Of a stretch of 64,000 bases of DNA, positions 9,857 to 20,270 are shown piece by piece; the stretch's first letter is position 1, and each line of letters opens with the position of its first letter. Position numbers and translations under genes: made by a program. The stretch comes from an uncultured Acidobacteriota bacterium (GTDB taxonomy: Bacteria; Acidobacteriota; Vicinamibacteria; Vicinamibacterales; UBA8438). The stretch spans positions 73,277-137,276 of the forward strand of contig CAJWLU010000010.1 of assembly GCA_913043225.1 (NCBI GenBank), written 5' to 3'. Under the pieces are notes generated by a model. It was not told where the DNA came from. It made no database searches and saw nothing but the letters and a program-made list of their open reading frames with translations.

Positions 9857-11007
9857 GCGTCGTACCCCTGACCAACGACGAGGTGGCCCGCTACAGCCGG
9901 CACCTCATCATGCCGCAAGTCGGTATGGACGGGCAGCTGAAGCTCAAGGGCGCCAAGGTGCTCTGCGTCGGCGCCGGCGGGCTCGGTTCACCGGTGGCGC
10001 TCTATCTGGCCGCTGCGGGAGTGGGCACGCTGGGGATCGTCGACTTCGACGAGGTTGACTTCAGCAACCTTCACCGGCAGATTATCCATGGAACCCCGGA
10101 CGTCGGTCGACCGAAGCTCGAGTCCGCACGCTCCCGCCTGCAGGCACTGAATCCGGAGGTGAACGTCGTGCCGCACGAGATGGCGCTCTCCTCCGAGAAC
10201 GCGCTCCAGCTGTTTGCCGACTACGACATGGTGGTCGACGGCACCGACAACTTCCCGACGCGCTATCTGGTCAACGACGCCTGCGTCCTGTCCGGTAAGC
10301 CCAATGTCTACGGCAGCATCTCCCAGTTCGAGGGTCAGGCATCGGTTTTTGGCGTGCCGGACGGTCCCTGCTACCGCTGCATGTTTCCCGAGCCGCCGCC
10401 GCCCGGGCTCGTTCCGAGCTGCGCCGAGGGTGGGGTGCTCGGCATCCTGCCTGGTGTCGTGGGCACGCTGCAGGCAACTGAGGCGATTAAGTTGATCTTG
10501 GGTGCCGGGGAGCCACTGGTCGGGCGCTTCCTGCTGTTCGATGCGCTTAAGATGCGGTTCCGCGAGCTGAAGGTCCGACGTGATTCCGACTGTCCGGTCT
10601 GTGGCGATGCGCCTACCGTTACAGAGCTGATCGACTACCAGCAGTTCTGCGGCATCGTGCCCACACCGCCTCCTGCTCCTGAAGCGGCCGATGGTGAGGT
10701 CACGGTGGCCGAGCTCAAGGAGCGGATCGATCGGGGCGACGACTTCCTGCTGCTCGACGTACGGGAGAACCGGGAGTTCGAGATTTGTCGAATTCCGGGC
10801 TCGCGCCTGATCCCGCTCGGGGAGCTGCCCACCCGTCTGGGTGAGCTCGAAGGTGCCGAGGATCTCGTCGTGCACTGCAAGTCCGGTGTGCGGAGCGGCA
10901 AGGCCGTGGCTCTGCTCCGCGAGGCGGGATACGCCGGTGCGCGGAATTTGGAGGGTGGGATCCTGGCCTGGATTGACCAGATTGATCCCCGTCTGCCTAA
11001 GTACTGA
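9853..11007 (+). CDS. moeB: MoeB/ThiF adenylyltransferase with C-terminal rhodanese (MoeZ-like)
   Basis: RYSRH, GAGGLGS, SNLHRQ, CYRC, CPVC; rhodanese loop HCKSGVRS. Confidence 0.93.
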   Translation: MSVVPLTNDEVARYSRHLIMPQVGMDGQLKLKGAKVLCVGAGGLGSPVALYLAAAGVGTLGIVDFDEVDFSNLHRQIIHGTPDVGRPKLESARSRLQALNPEVNVVPHEMALSSENALQLFADYDMVVDGTDNFPTRYLVNDACVLSGKPNVYGSISQFEGQASVFGVPDGPCYRCMFPEPPPPGLVPSCAEGGVLGILPGVVGTLQATEAIKLILGAGEPLVGRFLLFDALKMRFRELKVRRDSDCPVCGDAPTVTELIDYQQFCGIVPTPPPAPEAADGEVTVAELKERIDRGDDFLLLDVRENREFEICRIPGSRLIPLGELPTRLGELEGAEDLVVHCKSGVRSGKAVALLREAGYAGARNLEGGILAWIDQIDPRLPKY

Positions 11008-11052
11008 CGCGGCCGTGGGGGGGCGCGATACAATGGCGCCACCGGAGTAGCA

Positions 11053-11535
11053 ATGTTACGACTGTCCAAGAAAGCCGAGTACGCGTTGATGGCGCTCAAG
11101 GATCTGGCTTCACGGTCGGAGACCGAGGCTGCCAGCGCTCGCGAGATCGCCAGCCGCTACGGCATTCCCGTGGAGTTAATGGCCAAGGTGCTGCAGCGCC
11201 TGGCCCGCCGCAAGCTATTGGTGTCTCAACACGGCACCCGCGGCGGCTATTTGCTCGGTCGCCCCGCAGCCAAGATCGCGGTGGCCGACGTGATCGAAGC
11301 CATCGACGGACCGGTGATGGTAACGGCGTGTACGACTTCCGACGACGACTGCGAACAGTACGCAACCTGCAACATCCGCGATCCGCTCTGGCGTATCAAG
11401 GATCAGATCGTCCGGGCGCTGACTTCATACAGCTTGAAGGAACTGGCCGCGGATGAACCGCCGCTGGTGCCGATTGCCATCTCGCCTCGCTCCGCCACCA
11501 GTCCAGCCTCCCGGATAGCCGCGTCGGGTCGTTGA
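11053..11535 (+). CDS. Rrf2-family transcriptional regulator (IscR/SufR-like)
   Basis: Winged HTH with GTRGGY; three Cys in ACTTSDDDCEQYATC; directly upstream of iscS. Confidence 0.9.
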   Translation: MLRLSKKAEYALMALKDLASRSETEAASAREIASRYGIPVELMAKVLQRLARRKLLVSQHGTRGGYLLGRPAAKIAVADVIEAIDGPVMVTACTTSDDDCEQYATCNIRDPLWRIKDQIVRALTSYSLKELAADEPPLVPIAISPRSATSPASRIAASGR

Positions 11536-12719
11536 CCATCTACATGGACGGGCACGCCACGACGCGGGTCGATCCCCGTGTCATTGAGGCGATGGTCCCG
11601 TTCTTCGACGAGCACTTCGGTAACGCGTCGAGCCGCCATCATCGGTTTGGCTGGACCGCGAGGGATGCGGTTGCTGCCGCCCGGGCAGACGTGGCCGCGC
11701 TCGTCGGCAGCTCGGCCCGCGAGTTGGTGTTCACGAGCGGCGCTACCGAGTCAAACAACCTCGCCATCAAGGGGGTTGCCGACGCCGAGCGTTCGGCGGG
11801 CAACCATGTCGTGACTGTGGAGACCGAGCACCGGGCGGTCCTCGATCCGTGCGCGGCTCTCGAACGACAGGGACTACGGGTCACATATCTCCCGGTTCGG
11901 GACGACGGGCTCCTCGAGACGGATACGCTGGTCAGTGCTCTGACCCCAGAGACGATCCTGGTCTCGGTCATGGCGGCGAACAACGAGATTGGGGTCCTAC
12001 ACCCGGTGGGCGAGCTAGCCCGGGTGGCCCGGGCGGGGGGGGCACGGTTTCACACCGACGCGGCGCAGGCCGTGGGCCGGATCCACCTCGACGTTTCGGC
12101 TGATCCGATCGACTTGGTGTCCCTCACCGCCCACAAGCTTCATGGGCCGAAGGGCATCGGCGCGTTGTTCGTCCGAGATGGTCTGGAGCTGACCCCGCTG
12201 GTCGAAGGGGGCGGGCACGAGACCGGGCTCCGGTCCGGCACCCTGAACGTCCCTGCCATCGTCGGGTTCGGAAAGGCCGCGCGCATTGGCCTCGACGGCA
12301 TGGCCGAGGAGTCGGCTCGACTGGCGGCGTTGCGGGATCGACTCGCTGACGGACTGCGGGGTGCGCTCGACGGCGTACACGTGAACGGTTCGATGGAGGC
12401 GCGACTTCCGCATAATCTGAACGTGTCCTTCGAAGGGGTCAGTGGAGAGCAGTTGCTCACCGGACTCACAGACGTCGCCGTGTCGTCGGGCGCGGCGTGT
12501 ACGACGACGTCGGCAGGGTCGTCCCATGTGCTCCAGGCACTGGGCTTGTCGTCGACCTTGAGCAAGGCCTCACTCCGTTTCGGACTGGGCCGGTTCAACA
12601 CCGCCGACGAGGTCGACCGCGTGGTCGAGCTGGTCCGCACCCTAGTCATTCGTCTCCGGGCGCCGATCGAGGTCTTTGATCTCGCCGACGAGCCGCTGCC
12701 GCCAGGTTGGTCCGATTGA
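11532..12719 (+). CDS. iscS: Cysteine desulfurase (IscS/NifS group I)
   Basis: YMDGHATT, FTSGATESNN, HTDAAQ, AHKLHGPKG, SSGAAC. Confidence 0.92.
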   Translation: MTIYMDGHATTRVDPRVIEAMVPFFDEHFGNASSRHHRFGWTARDAVAAARADVAALVGSSARELVFTSGATESNNLAIKGVADAERSAGNHVVTVETEHRAVLDPCAALERQGLRVTYLPVRDDGLLETDTLVSALTPETILVSVMAANNEIGVLHPVGELARVARAGGARFHTDAAQAVGRIHLDVSADPIDLVSLTAHKLHGPKGIGALFVRDGLELTPLVEGGGHETGLRSGTLNVPAIVGFGKAARIGLDGMAEESARLAALRDRLADGLRGALDGVHVNGSMEARLPHNLNVSFEGVSGEQLLTGLTDVAVSSGAACTTTSAGSSHVLQALGLSSTLSKASLRFGLGRFNTADEVDRVVELVRTLVIRLRAPIEVFDLADEPLPPGWSD

Positions 12720-12774
12720 GGTGGGGTGCCTGGCAGGTGCTGGCCCGCGGTGCGATACACTGGACGTGGACATC

Positions 12775-13101
12775 ATGATTGAGATCACCGAAGCGGCAGC
12801 CAAACGGATTCAGAGCGGGATGGATCAGGAGGGGATCGCTGACGGCGGTCTGCGCGTGGGCATCAAGGCTGGCGGTTGCAACGGTCTGAGCTACATCTTC
12901 AAGTGGGAGCAGGCTCCTGCGGATGGGGATCAGGTGTTCGAAGGCCACGGCGGTACCCGCATCTTCGTTGATCCTAAGAGCTTCAAGTATCTCGACGGCA
13001 CCGTCCTCGACTGCGACCCGAACATGCTGGGACAGAACCTCGTGCTGCGAAATCCGAACGCGACGACCGAGTGTGGTTGCGGGCTCTCGTTCGGCGTGTA
13101 G
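12775..13101 (+). CDS. iscA: HesB/IscA-family Fe-S assembly accessory protein
   Basis: GGCNGLSY and NPNATTECGCGLSF. Confidence 0.9.
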   Translation: MIEITEAAAKRIQSGMDQEGIADGGLRVGIKAGGCNGLSYIFKWEQAPADGDQVFEGHGGTRIFVDPKSFKYLDGTVLDCDPNMLGQNLVLRNPNATTECGCGLSFGV

Positions 13102-13175
13102 AGCCGGATTTCGTCCAGGTTTTTCCTGGCGGCCGCGTGTCGATCGCCCGTGCGATCGGCGTACACCTGTGAGCG

Positions 13176-14651
13176 ATGTCGCGGTTTGAGGCTTCTCGTT
13201 ACGGCGGGTCGACCCGGCCGCTCGCTGTGGTGTCGAACCGCGAGCCCTATCTGCATGCGTTCGACGACGAGCGCCGGGTTACCTGGTCGCCCACGACCGG
13301 TGGCGTCTCGGTCGCGCTCGATGCCCTCATGCGTGAGCGTGGCGGCGTGTGGATCGCGCACGGGGCGGGGGATGCCGACCGGGACATAGTCGACGAGGCC
13401 GACCGGGTACAGGTGCCACCCGACGCCCCGACCTACACCCTCCGCCGCATCTGGCTGACCGAGACGGAAGAGCGCCACTACTACGAGGGGTTCGCGAACG
13501 AGGGCCTCTGGCCGCTTTGCCACGTGGCCCATGTAGAGCCGGTGTTTCGCTCGGCCGACTGGCGTGCATATCAGGAGATCAATCGCCGGTTCGCCGAAGC
13601 GGTGGCGGCTGAGCTTCCCGACTCCGGGACGCCGGTCTTCATACAGGACTACCACCTGACGCTTGTGGCTCGTTATCTGCGCGAGTCACATCCGGAGACG
13701 CCGATCGCGCTCTTCTGGCACATTCCGTTTCCACACCCAGACAAGTTCCGGAGTTGTCCCTATCGGCGCGACATTCTGGAAGGACTGGTAGCCACCGACC
13801 TGCTAGCCTTCCAGCTCGAACGGGACCGCCGGAACTTTCTTGCCGCGTCTCGCGCTGAGCTCGGAGCTAAAGCGAGCCGCAGCCGCGTGCATCTGAACAA
13901 TCGGACCACGAGCGTCTGCGCGGTCCCGATCGGCGTCGACTTCGATCGGATCCGAAGTGTGACCTGTGACCCCGGGCTTGACACCGAAATGACGCGCCTC
14001 CGTCGGGAGTTGCGCATCGAGACGCCGAAGGTGGGCATTGGTGTCGATCGGCTGGACTACACCAAGGGGATCCCGGAGCGGCTGAACGCGCTCGACTGCC
14101 TGTTCACGCGTTGGCCAAAGTTGTGCGACGAGCTCACCTTTGTTCAAATCGCCGTGCCTTCCCGTTCCAAGCTCGAGAGCTACGCCGCCGTGGCGGCCGA
14201 CATCGACTGCCGGGTGGCCGAGTTGAACATCAAGCACGGACATAGACCGACCGATGGTCCTATTCGCTATCGAACGTCCGCGCTACGCGTCCGACGTCTC
14301 GTAGCGCTCTATCGGCTCGCTGATTTCTGCCTGGTGAGCTCGCTGCACGACGGCATGAATCTGGTTGCCAAGGAGTTTGTGGCCGCTCGCGAAGACCTCG
14401 GCGGGGTGCTCGTGCTCAGCGAGCTGGCCGGCGCGGCGCAGGAGCTGCACGACGCCGTGATCATCAATCCCTACGATGTCGAGAGTTTCGCTGACGGGCT
14501 CGAGCTCGCGCTGGGGATGAGCGAGGGCGAGAAGCACCGTCGGATGCGAGCGTTGCGGCGTGTGGTGGCCGGGCGCGATGTGTTCCGGTGGGCCTCCGAC
14601 ATTCTCGAGGGGCTCGAGGCCCCGACCTCCTGGCCGCCACGCCAGCGCTAG
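13176..14651 (+). CDS. otsA: Trehalose-6-phosphate synthase (GT20)
   Basis: [39 protein letters not shown]. Confidence 0.93.
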   Translation: MSRFEASRYGGSTRPLAVVSNREPYLHAFDDERRVTWSPTTGGVSVALDALMRERGGVWIAHGAGDADRDIVDEADRVQVPPDAPTYTLRRIWLTETEERHYYEGFANEGLWPLCHVAHVEPVFRSADWRAYQEINRRFAEAVAAELPDSGTPVFIQDYHLTLVARYLRESHPETPIALFWHIPFPHPDKFRSCPYRRDILEGLVATDLLAFQLERDRRNFLAASRAELGAKASRSRVHLNNRTTSVCAVPIGVDFDRIRSVTCDPGLDTEMTRLRRELRIETPKVGIGVDRLDYTKGIPERLNALDCLFTRWPKLCDELTFVQIAVPSRSKLESYAAVAADIDCRVAELNIKHGHRPTDGPIRYRTSALRVRRLVALYRLADFCLVSSLHDGMNLVAKEFVAAREDLGGVLVLSELAGAAQELHDAVIINPYDVESFADGLELALGMSEGEKHRRMRALRRVVAGRDVFRWASDILEGLEAPTSWPPRQR

Positions 14652-15155
14652 CTAGACGTCGTCGTCTTCGGGCAGGGCGCGTATCTGGGGGGCCCGTTTG
14701 ACGACAACGGTCAGACCAAAGAGCGCGATCACGGTCGACGCGCCCAGCCCGAGGTAGGCGCCTGGCGCCATCGAGGGTTCGGAGACGCTCCGTGCCTCAT
14801 TGCCGGTGACGATCGCGCGCGCCTGCTCGGTGGCCCAGCTTTGCTGCGCGGCTGCGCGCTCCATCAGCCGCTCTCCGAGGAAGAGCACACCGAAGGCGAA
14901 CAAGCCGACGAGCAGTAGTGGGTGCCGGGAGTTCTTCCGGGTCGCGATACTGAGCACGGCCAGCACCAGGGCCAGCATCGCCAGCCCCAGTACCCAGAAG
15001 CCGGCCAGGTCCGGTACCCCGCCGTACTGGTCTGAGCCGACCACGATCCAGGGCATGAAGGCGCTGCTGCCCAGGACCACGCCGCCAAGAATGGGGACGT
15101 AGTAGGCGCGCATCGGATGGCCGGCCACGTGCCGCAGTGGTCCTAACAGGGACAT
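14652..15155 (-). CDS. Hypothetical membrane protein (about 4 TM)
   Basis: Four hydrophobic segments; converges on otsA. Confidence 0.7.
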   Translation of the reverse strand: MSLLGPLRHVAGHPMRAYYVPILGGVVLGSSAFMPWIVVGSDQYGGVPDLAGFWVLGLAMLALVLAVLSIATRKNSRHPLLLVGLFAFGVLFLGERLMERAAAQQSWATEQARAIVTGNEARSVSEPSMAPGAYLGLGASTVIALFGLTVVVKRAPQIRALPEDDDV

Positions 15156-15180
15156 GTCGAGGAGTGTAGCACCAGCGATT

Positions 15181-15588
15181 CTAGCGGGCGCAGGGAGTTG
15201 AATCGTCTGGCTGGGGAGAGAGCGTGGTGCGGCCGGTCGCGAGCTGGGTCAAGCTCCGCAGATAGAGTCGGAAGACGCCTGGGTCCCGACCCGGGTGACC
15301 GCAGATCCGGACGCGTTCACCTTCGCTCAGGACGCCGGCGTTCCATCCCTGTCGTTCGAGCTGCAAGGCGGCGCGCCATTCGACGGCCCAGGTGTGCTCT
15401 TCACCGTCGATCTCTCGTACGCGAAGGTGCACCATCGAGTGCGGATCTCCGAAGAGGAACGACGAGACCTCGCCTTCGAGAATCAGCGTCTGTTCCTCGT
15501 CGTAGACCTCGCTCAGAGGGTGGTGCGCGTAGATCGCGGCCCCCAAGATGGTCCATCCGGCCACGAGTAGGGCGATCCAGCGCGTCAT
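15181..15588 (-). CDS. Secreted DUF6152-like protein (His-His N-terminus, OB-like)
   Basis: ATG at 15588 after GAGG. Signal peptide, then AHH.....YD...LEGEV......PH...W.VE. Divergent from the two-component system. Confidence 0.72.
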   Translation of the reverse strand: MTRWIALLVAGWTILGAAIYAHHPLSEVYDEEQTLILEGEVSSFLFGDPHSMVHLRVREIDGEEHTWAVEWRAALQLERQGWNAGVLSEGERVRICGHPGRDPGVFRLYLRSLTQLATGRTTLSPQPDDSTPCAR

Positions 15589-15688
15589 GACTGCTACCTC
15601 GACGGGTCTGCTCTCTATGATATGTCGTCGTCGCAAGGGATCGCCTGAAGATTCCCTGAAAAGGGACGGCGTTCGGTAAGCTGTCCAG

Positions 15689-16414
15689 ATGACCGCGGAG
15701 GAACAGCTCAGCGAAAACTTCAAACGGGCGGTTCGGCTCCTGGTTGTCGAGGACGAGGAAAAGGTAGCGTCCGCGCTTCGCACGGGTCTCGAGCGGGATG
15801 GGTACGAGGTGGTGGTCGAGGGTACCGGGGAGGATGCCTGCTTTCGACTCGGCAAGGAGGGGTTCGATGCCGTGGTGCTCGATCTCAATCTGCCCGGTTG
15901 GGATGGTCTCGAGGTACTGACGACCATGCGGCAGCAGGGGCTCGACGTTCCGGTGTTGGTGCTCACAGCGCGTGACAGCCTCGATGACCGTGTCGTCGGG
16001 CTCGATGCCGGTGCCGACGACTACCTGGTCAAGCCCTTTGCGTTCGCCGAGCTCCTGGCCCGAATCCGGTCGGTGGCCCGCCGGGGCCGTCCGGCAGAGC
16101 CGGAACAGATCACGGTCGAGACGCTCAGCATCGACCATGCGACCAGGCGGGTCGAGCGGGCGGGACACACCCTCGACCTGACCGCCAAGGAGTTTGATTT
16201 GCTGCATTACCTGGCGTTGCATGCCCGGCAGGTGGTGTCGCGCGACACACTTGCCCGTGAGGTGTGGCGAGAAACCGCTCGCAGCACCACCCTCGACAAC
16301 GTGATCGACGTGCACATCTCCCGACTTCGGAGGAAGATCGACGAAGGTCAGCCCGTGAAGCTCATCCAGACCGTGCGGGGCGTCGGCTTCGTTCTGCGTG
16401 AGGACGCCGACTGA
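15689..16414 (+). CDS. OmpR/CusR-type response regulator
   Basis: LVVEDE, LDLNLPG, GADDYLVKPF, NVIDVHISRLRRK, TVRGVGF. Confidence 0.94.
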   Translation: MTAEEQLSENFKRAVRLLVVEDEEKVASALRTGLERDGYEVVVEGTGEDACFRLGKEGFDAVVLDLNLPGWDGLEVLTTMRQQGLDVPVLVLTARDSLDDRVVGLDAGADDYLVKPFAFAELLARIRSVARRGRPAEPEQITVETLSIDHATRRVERAGHTLDLTAKEFDLLHYLALHARQVVSRDTLAREVWRETARSTTLDNVIDVHISRLRRKIDEGQPVKLIQTVRGVGFVLREDAD

Positions 16415-17811
16415 TGCGCAGCTGGTGGCCACACAGTTTGCGGGCGCAGCTCACCGCCTGGCAGGTGTGCGCGATGGTGGTAGTGCTTGGCCTGTATGTC
16501 GGGCTGGTGCTGTGGCTGGTTACCAGGAACCTGTCGGGAACGATCGATTCCCGCCTTCGCAGCGATTTCAGATGGGCCGCCGAGATGGCGCAGCAAGGGC
16601 CCGACGGATCCCTGTCTTGGTTCGAGGGTGATCCGTGGGGCACTGACAGTCCCTGGCTGCAGGTCTTTTCCGGCGACGGCGAGTTGATCTACCGCACGGC
16701 GATGGCGCAGCGGTTGCCGGTTTCCGACAGCGAGCAGCTGAGCCGCAGTGCGGTGGGACGTATCGTGGCGGTCCCCTCCGACCCGGCGCCATTCCGGCTC
16801 TTGACGGATCGAGCCACCGTGGGTGGTCGTCCGGTCGTGCTCCAAGTGGGGCGGTCGGAGGCGACCATGCGCCTCGAGGTGCGCGAGATGGCGCTGCTGC
16901 TCGGGCTGGGATTACCGCTGGCTGTCGCGCTGGCCGGCGGTGTCGGCTATGTGGTGGCGCGGCGCGCACTGGCTCCGGTGGCTCGGATGGGGGAGCGCGC
17001 TCGCGATATCACCGCATCACGTCTCGACGAGCGGTTGCCCATCGATACACCCAAGGACGAGCTTGGTCGCATGGCGGCGGTGTTCAACGACACGCTGGGG
17101 CGGCTCGAGTCTTCTTTTCTCCAGATGCGCCGCTTTACCGGGAACGTCTCCCATGAGCTCCGGACCCCGTTGACAGCCATTCGCAGCGTAGGCGAGGTCG
17201 GCCTGCGAGGTCCCAGTGATGCGGCGGCATATCGCGAAGTGATCGAGAGCATGCTGGAGGAGACCGATCGGCTTACCCGACTGGTCAACCAGCTGCTCGC
17301 CGTGGCTCGCGCCGATGGTGGCGACGTTACACCCGGAATGACCAAGGTGAACCTGGGGTCGCTCGCCGAGGACGTGGCCACTGATCTTGGCGTGCTCGCC
17401 GAAGAGAAAGGTCAGACACTCGACGTGGACGTGAACGCGTCACCGCCGTGCCTTGCCGACCACATCACCACACGTCAGGCCGTGATCAACCTCGTCGACA
17501 ACGCTATCCGCTACACCCCCGAAGGAGGCCGGATTCTTCTGCGAGTCTACGAGACGAGGTCCAACGTGTGCCTGGAGGTGACCGATACCGGTCCCGGGAT
17601 CCCAGAGCGAGACCGGGCCCGGTTGTTCGAGCGTCTCTTCCGGAGCCGCGAGAACGCAGCCGACCCCGGTGGCAGCGGTCTGGGGCTGTCCATCGCCAAG
17701 TGGGCCGTCGAGGCGAACCACGGCGAACTCACCTACCAGCCCGTGGCGGCCGGCGGCAGCTGTTTCCGGATCCAGCTGCCCCGCCAGGACATCCTCAGCG
17801 GCTCAGGGTGA
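16414..17811 (+). CDS. Sensor histidine kinase (CusS-like; HAMP, HisKA, HATPase)
   Basis: Two TM segments, SHELRTPL, NLVDNAIRY, DTGPGI, GSGLGLSI. Confidence 0.94.
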   Translation: MRSWWPHSLRAQLTAWQVCAMVVVLGLYVGLVLWLVTRNLSGTIDSRLRSDFRWAAEMAQQGPDGSLSWFEGDPWGTDSPWLQVFSGDGELIYRTAMAQRLPVSDSEQLSRSAVGRIVAVPSDPAPFRLLTDRATVGGRPVVLQVGRSEATMRLEVREMALLLGLGLPLAVALAGGVGYVVARRALAPVARMGERARDITASRLDERLPIDTPKDELGRMAAVFNDTLGRLESSFLQMRRFTGNVSHELRTPLTAIRSVGEVGLRGPSDAAAYREVIESMLEETDRLTRLVNQLLAVARADGGDVTPGMTKVNLGSLAEDVATDLGVLAEEKGQTLDVDVNASPPCLADHITTRQAVINLVDNAIRYTPEGGRILLRVYETRSNVCLEVTDTGPGIPERDRARLFERLFRSRENAADPGGSGLGLSIAKWAVEANHGELTYQPVAAGGSCFRIQLPRQDILSGSG

Positions 17812-20155
17812 ATCGTCCCCCAACCACGAATGCCCGCGGCATCCCCGGGTAGCCCAGCGCGCTGAAGTACTTCTCGTCGGTCAGGTTCTCGATGCGTGCG
17901 AAGGCGGTGAACTCGGGGCTGACCCGATACTGGCCGCCAGCACCCACCAGCGTGTAGCCAGGATTGACGGTGATGTCGACGGGCGTTCCGTCAGACACCC
18001 TTGAGAGCCCGAGGAACGAGGAGTCGTGCCTGTCGCCGACGAACCTCACGTTCAGGTGGAGGCTCGCGTCGCCCTGCGTGAACGTGGCCTGCGCGTTTCC
18101 TGAGTGCTTCGGGCGCCGCAGCAGCGGCTGACCCGCCCGGAACTGCTGGCTGGTGTTAACCGTGGCGACCACCTCAGTGTCCGTATACGCGTAGGACCCG
18201 GTTACCGTGAGTCCTCCGATCGGGCGCTGTAGGCCCCCTTCGATCTCCACCCCCCGGGCCTGGGATCCGGCGATGTTCAGGTAGTCGGGGATGCCGTCGC
18301 CGCCGAACCCCTGGGAGAACTGGAAAGCCACCTGGTCTTCATAGTCGTTGTCGAAGTAGGTCACCCGTCCGAGCCACTGCTGGGCGTTGAAGGTGAGCTC
18401 GACCCCCGCGTCGATGGTGGTGGCCCGCTCCGGCCTGAGGTCGGGGTTCCCGTTGACAAAGTCGGAGCCGAAGAGCTCGGAGAACGTCGGGTTCTTGATC
18501 CCACTGCCGACGTTGCCGAAGAGCTTCACTGACGAGACTGCCCCTTCGTTGATCGGCACCGGGTAGCCACCGGCTGAGAGCTTGGGGCTGGCCTCGGTGC
18601 CGAACCTGCTGTTGTCGTCCATCCTGACGCCTACGGTCGCATACCACTGGCCGGCCAGTGCCAGGCGCTGCTGCACGAAGAAGGCGTTGTTCTCGATCTC
18701 GAAGCCGCCACCTAGTGTCGCGTTCTCGCGGAGCGGGTCCTCCTCGCGTTCGAACTCGTAGCCGGCGCTGAGCACCTGATCTCCGGCCCAGGTCACGTTG
18801 GCCTGATACTGGGCCGAGTAGCGACGGTGCTCCGACTCGAACAGGAACGGGAAGTCGAACACGCCGAACGGCGTCGCAGCGAGAAACTCACCGACACCGA
18901 GGTCGAATGTATTGGCGGCGAGGCTGGTGAACGTGGCCTGGTCGAGCAGCCGCACCAGTCGCGGACTGTCAGGGAACAGGGCACCCGGGGTGCCTGATAG
19001 CACCGCATACACACTCGGGAAGCTGTCGCCGGTCTTGTCGACCGAGACCCAATCGTTGCGGAAGTAGGTGATCCCGGCCGAGTGCGTGAACCAGTTCCGG
19101 AGGGTTTGGTCCATCGTTAGGTAGTAGGAGTAGTCGTTGGTGTCGTAGCCGGTTCCGGTGTCGCCGGGGGTAAAGCCGATCTGACCGACTGAGCGTCCCT
19201 CGGCGTCGCTGTAGCGGCCACCGACCCGCAACCGGGTCTGGTTGCCGACGATGACGCCCAGGCCCCCGTCGACTGAGCCCTGGCGGAACTCGTCGTTCTC
19301 GGGGAGCTGGTCCTCGAAAGCGCCGTCGGTCCGACGGAACGCGCTGCCGAACTGATAGTTGAGCCGGTTGCGTGCTCCTCCCAGAACGCGGGCGTCGCCC
19401 CGGGCGCTGTTGAAGCTGCCTCCTTCAATCGACCCCTGGACGGCCGGTGCCCCGGTGGGCGTGCCCCGCTTGGTAAAGATCTGGATGACCGACCCGATGG
19501 CGTCGGAACCGTAGAGTGCCGACTGGGCGCCTCGCACCACCTCGACCCGTTCGACCTCGGCCGCCGATACCCGGCTGAAGTCGAAGCTTCCGCCGCTGGT
19601 GTTCACCTGCACTCCGTCGATCAGCACCTGGTTGTAGTCCGACTCGCCCCCGCGGCTGAAGAGCGACGAGAACTCACCTTCGCGTCCGGTGGTCTCGATG
19701 CTGAGTCCCGGGGTAAACCGGACGATGTCGGCTAGCGAGGCCGCGCCCAGTCGTTCGATGTCGTCTTTGCTGAAGACCGAAAGTGATTCGGTAACCGACT
19801 GCTGGCTTTGTGCCGTGCGGGAGGCGGTGACCACGACCGTGTCGTTGAGGGGAGCCAGCCCGAGCTGGAAGTCCTGGGTCGCCGCCGCCGACACATCGAC
19901 GTCGGCCGTACCCTGGGTGAATCCTCCAAGCCGGACCGTCAGATGATAGGAGCCCCCCTCGAGTGTCAGCTGGTAGCGGCCGTTCGCGTCGGTGGTGGCG
20001 ATGCCCACGGGACGCTCGCCGAGCGACGCTTCGACGGTGGCACTGGGGAGCACCGCCCCGGTCGTGTCGCTGACGGTGCCGCTGATGGTCTGGGCGGAGC
20101 CCACCGCGGCCAGGGAGAGAAACAGGACGAGCGCCGAGAACGTGCGCGAAATCAC
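17795..20155 (-). CDS. btuB: TonB-dependent receptor, probable cobalamin transporter
   Basis: GTG at 20155 after GGAGG. Signal peptide, DTVVVTA TonB box, ERVEVVRGAQSALYGSDAIG plug motif. Last gene of the riboswitch-led operon. Confidence 0.85.
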   Translation of the reverse strand: MISRTFSALVLFLSLAAVGSAQTISGTVSDTTGAVLPSATVEASLGERPVGIATTDANGRYQLTLEGGSYHLTVRLGGFTQGTADVDVSAAATQDFQLGLAPLNDTVVVTASRTAQSQQSVTESLSVFSKDDIERLGAASLADIVRFTPGLSIETTGREGEFSSLFSRGGESDYNQVLIDGVQVNTSGGSFDFSRVSAAEVERVEVVRGAQSALYGSDAIGSVIQIFTKRGTPTGAPAVQGSIEGGSFNSARGDARVLGGARNRLNYQFGSAFRRTDGAFEDQLPENDEFRQGSVDGGLGVIVGNQTRLRVGGRYSDAEGRSVGQIGFTPGDTGTGYDTNDYSYYLTMDQTLRNWFTHSAGITYFRNDWVSVDKTGDSFPSVYAVLSGTPGALFPDSPRLVRLLDQATFTSLAANTFDLGVGEFLAATPFGVFDFPFLFESEHRRYSAQYQANVTWAGDQVLSAGYEFEREEDPLRENATLGGGFEIENNAFFVQQRLALAGQWYATVGVRMDDNSRFGTEASPKLSAGGYPVPINEGAVSSVKLFGNVGSGIKNPTFSELFGSDFVNGNPDLRPERATTIDAGVELTFNAQQWLGRVTYFDNDYEDQVAFQFSQGFGGDGIPDYLNIAGSQARGVEIEGGLQRPIGGLTVTGSYAYTDTEVVATVNTSQQFRAGQPLLRRPKHSGNAQATFTQGDASLHLNVRFVGDRHDSSFLGLSRVSDGTPVDITVNPGYTLVGAGGQYRVSPEFTAFARIENLTDEKYFSALGYPGMPRAFVVGGRFTLSR

Positions 20156-20270
20156 TTTACTACCTCCGATGTGTGAACGAACAAGGCGAGTGGTCGAGAT
20201 GATGGCTTGGTTGGAGTCTAGACGGAGCTCCAAGAGGCCCATCTGACGGCGTTTGAAGCGTTTTTGAAGA

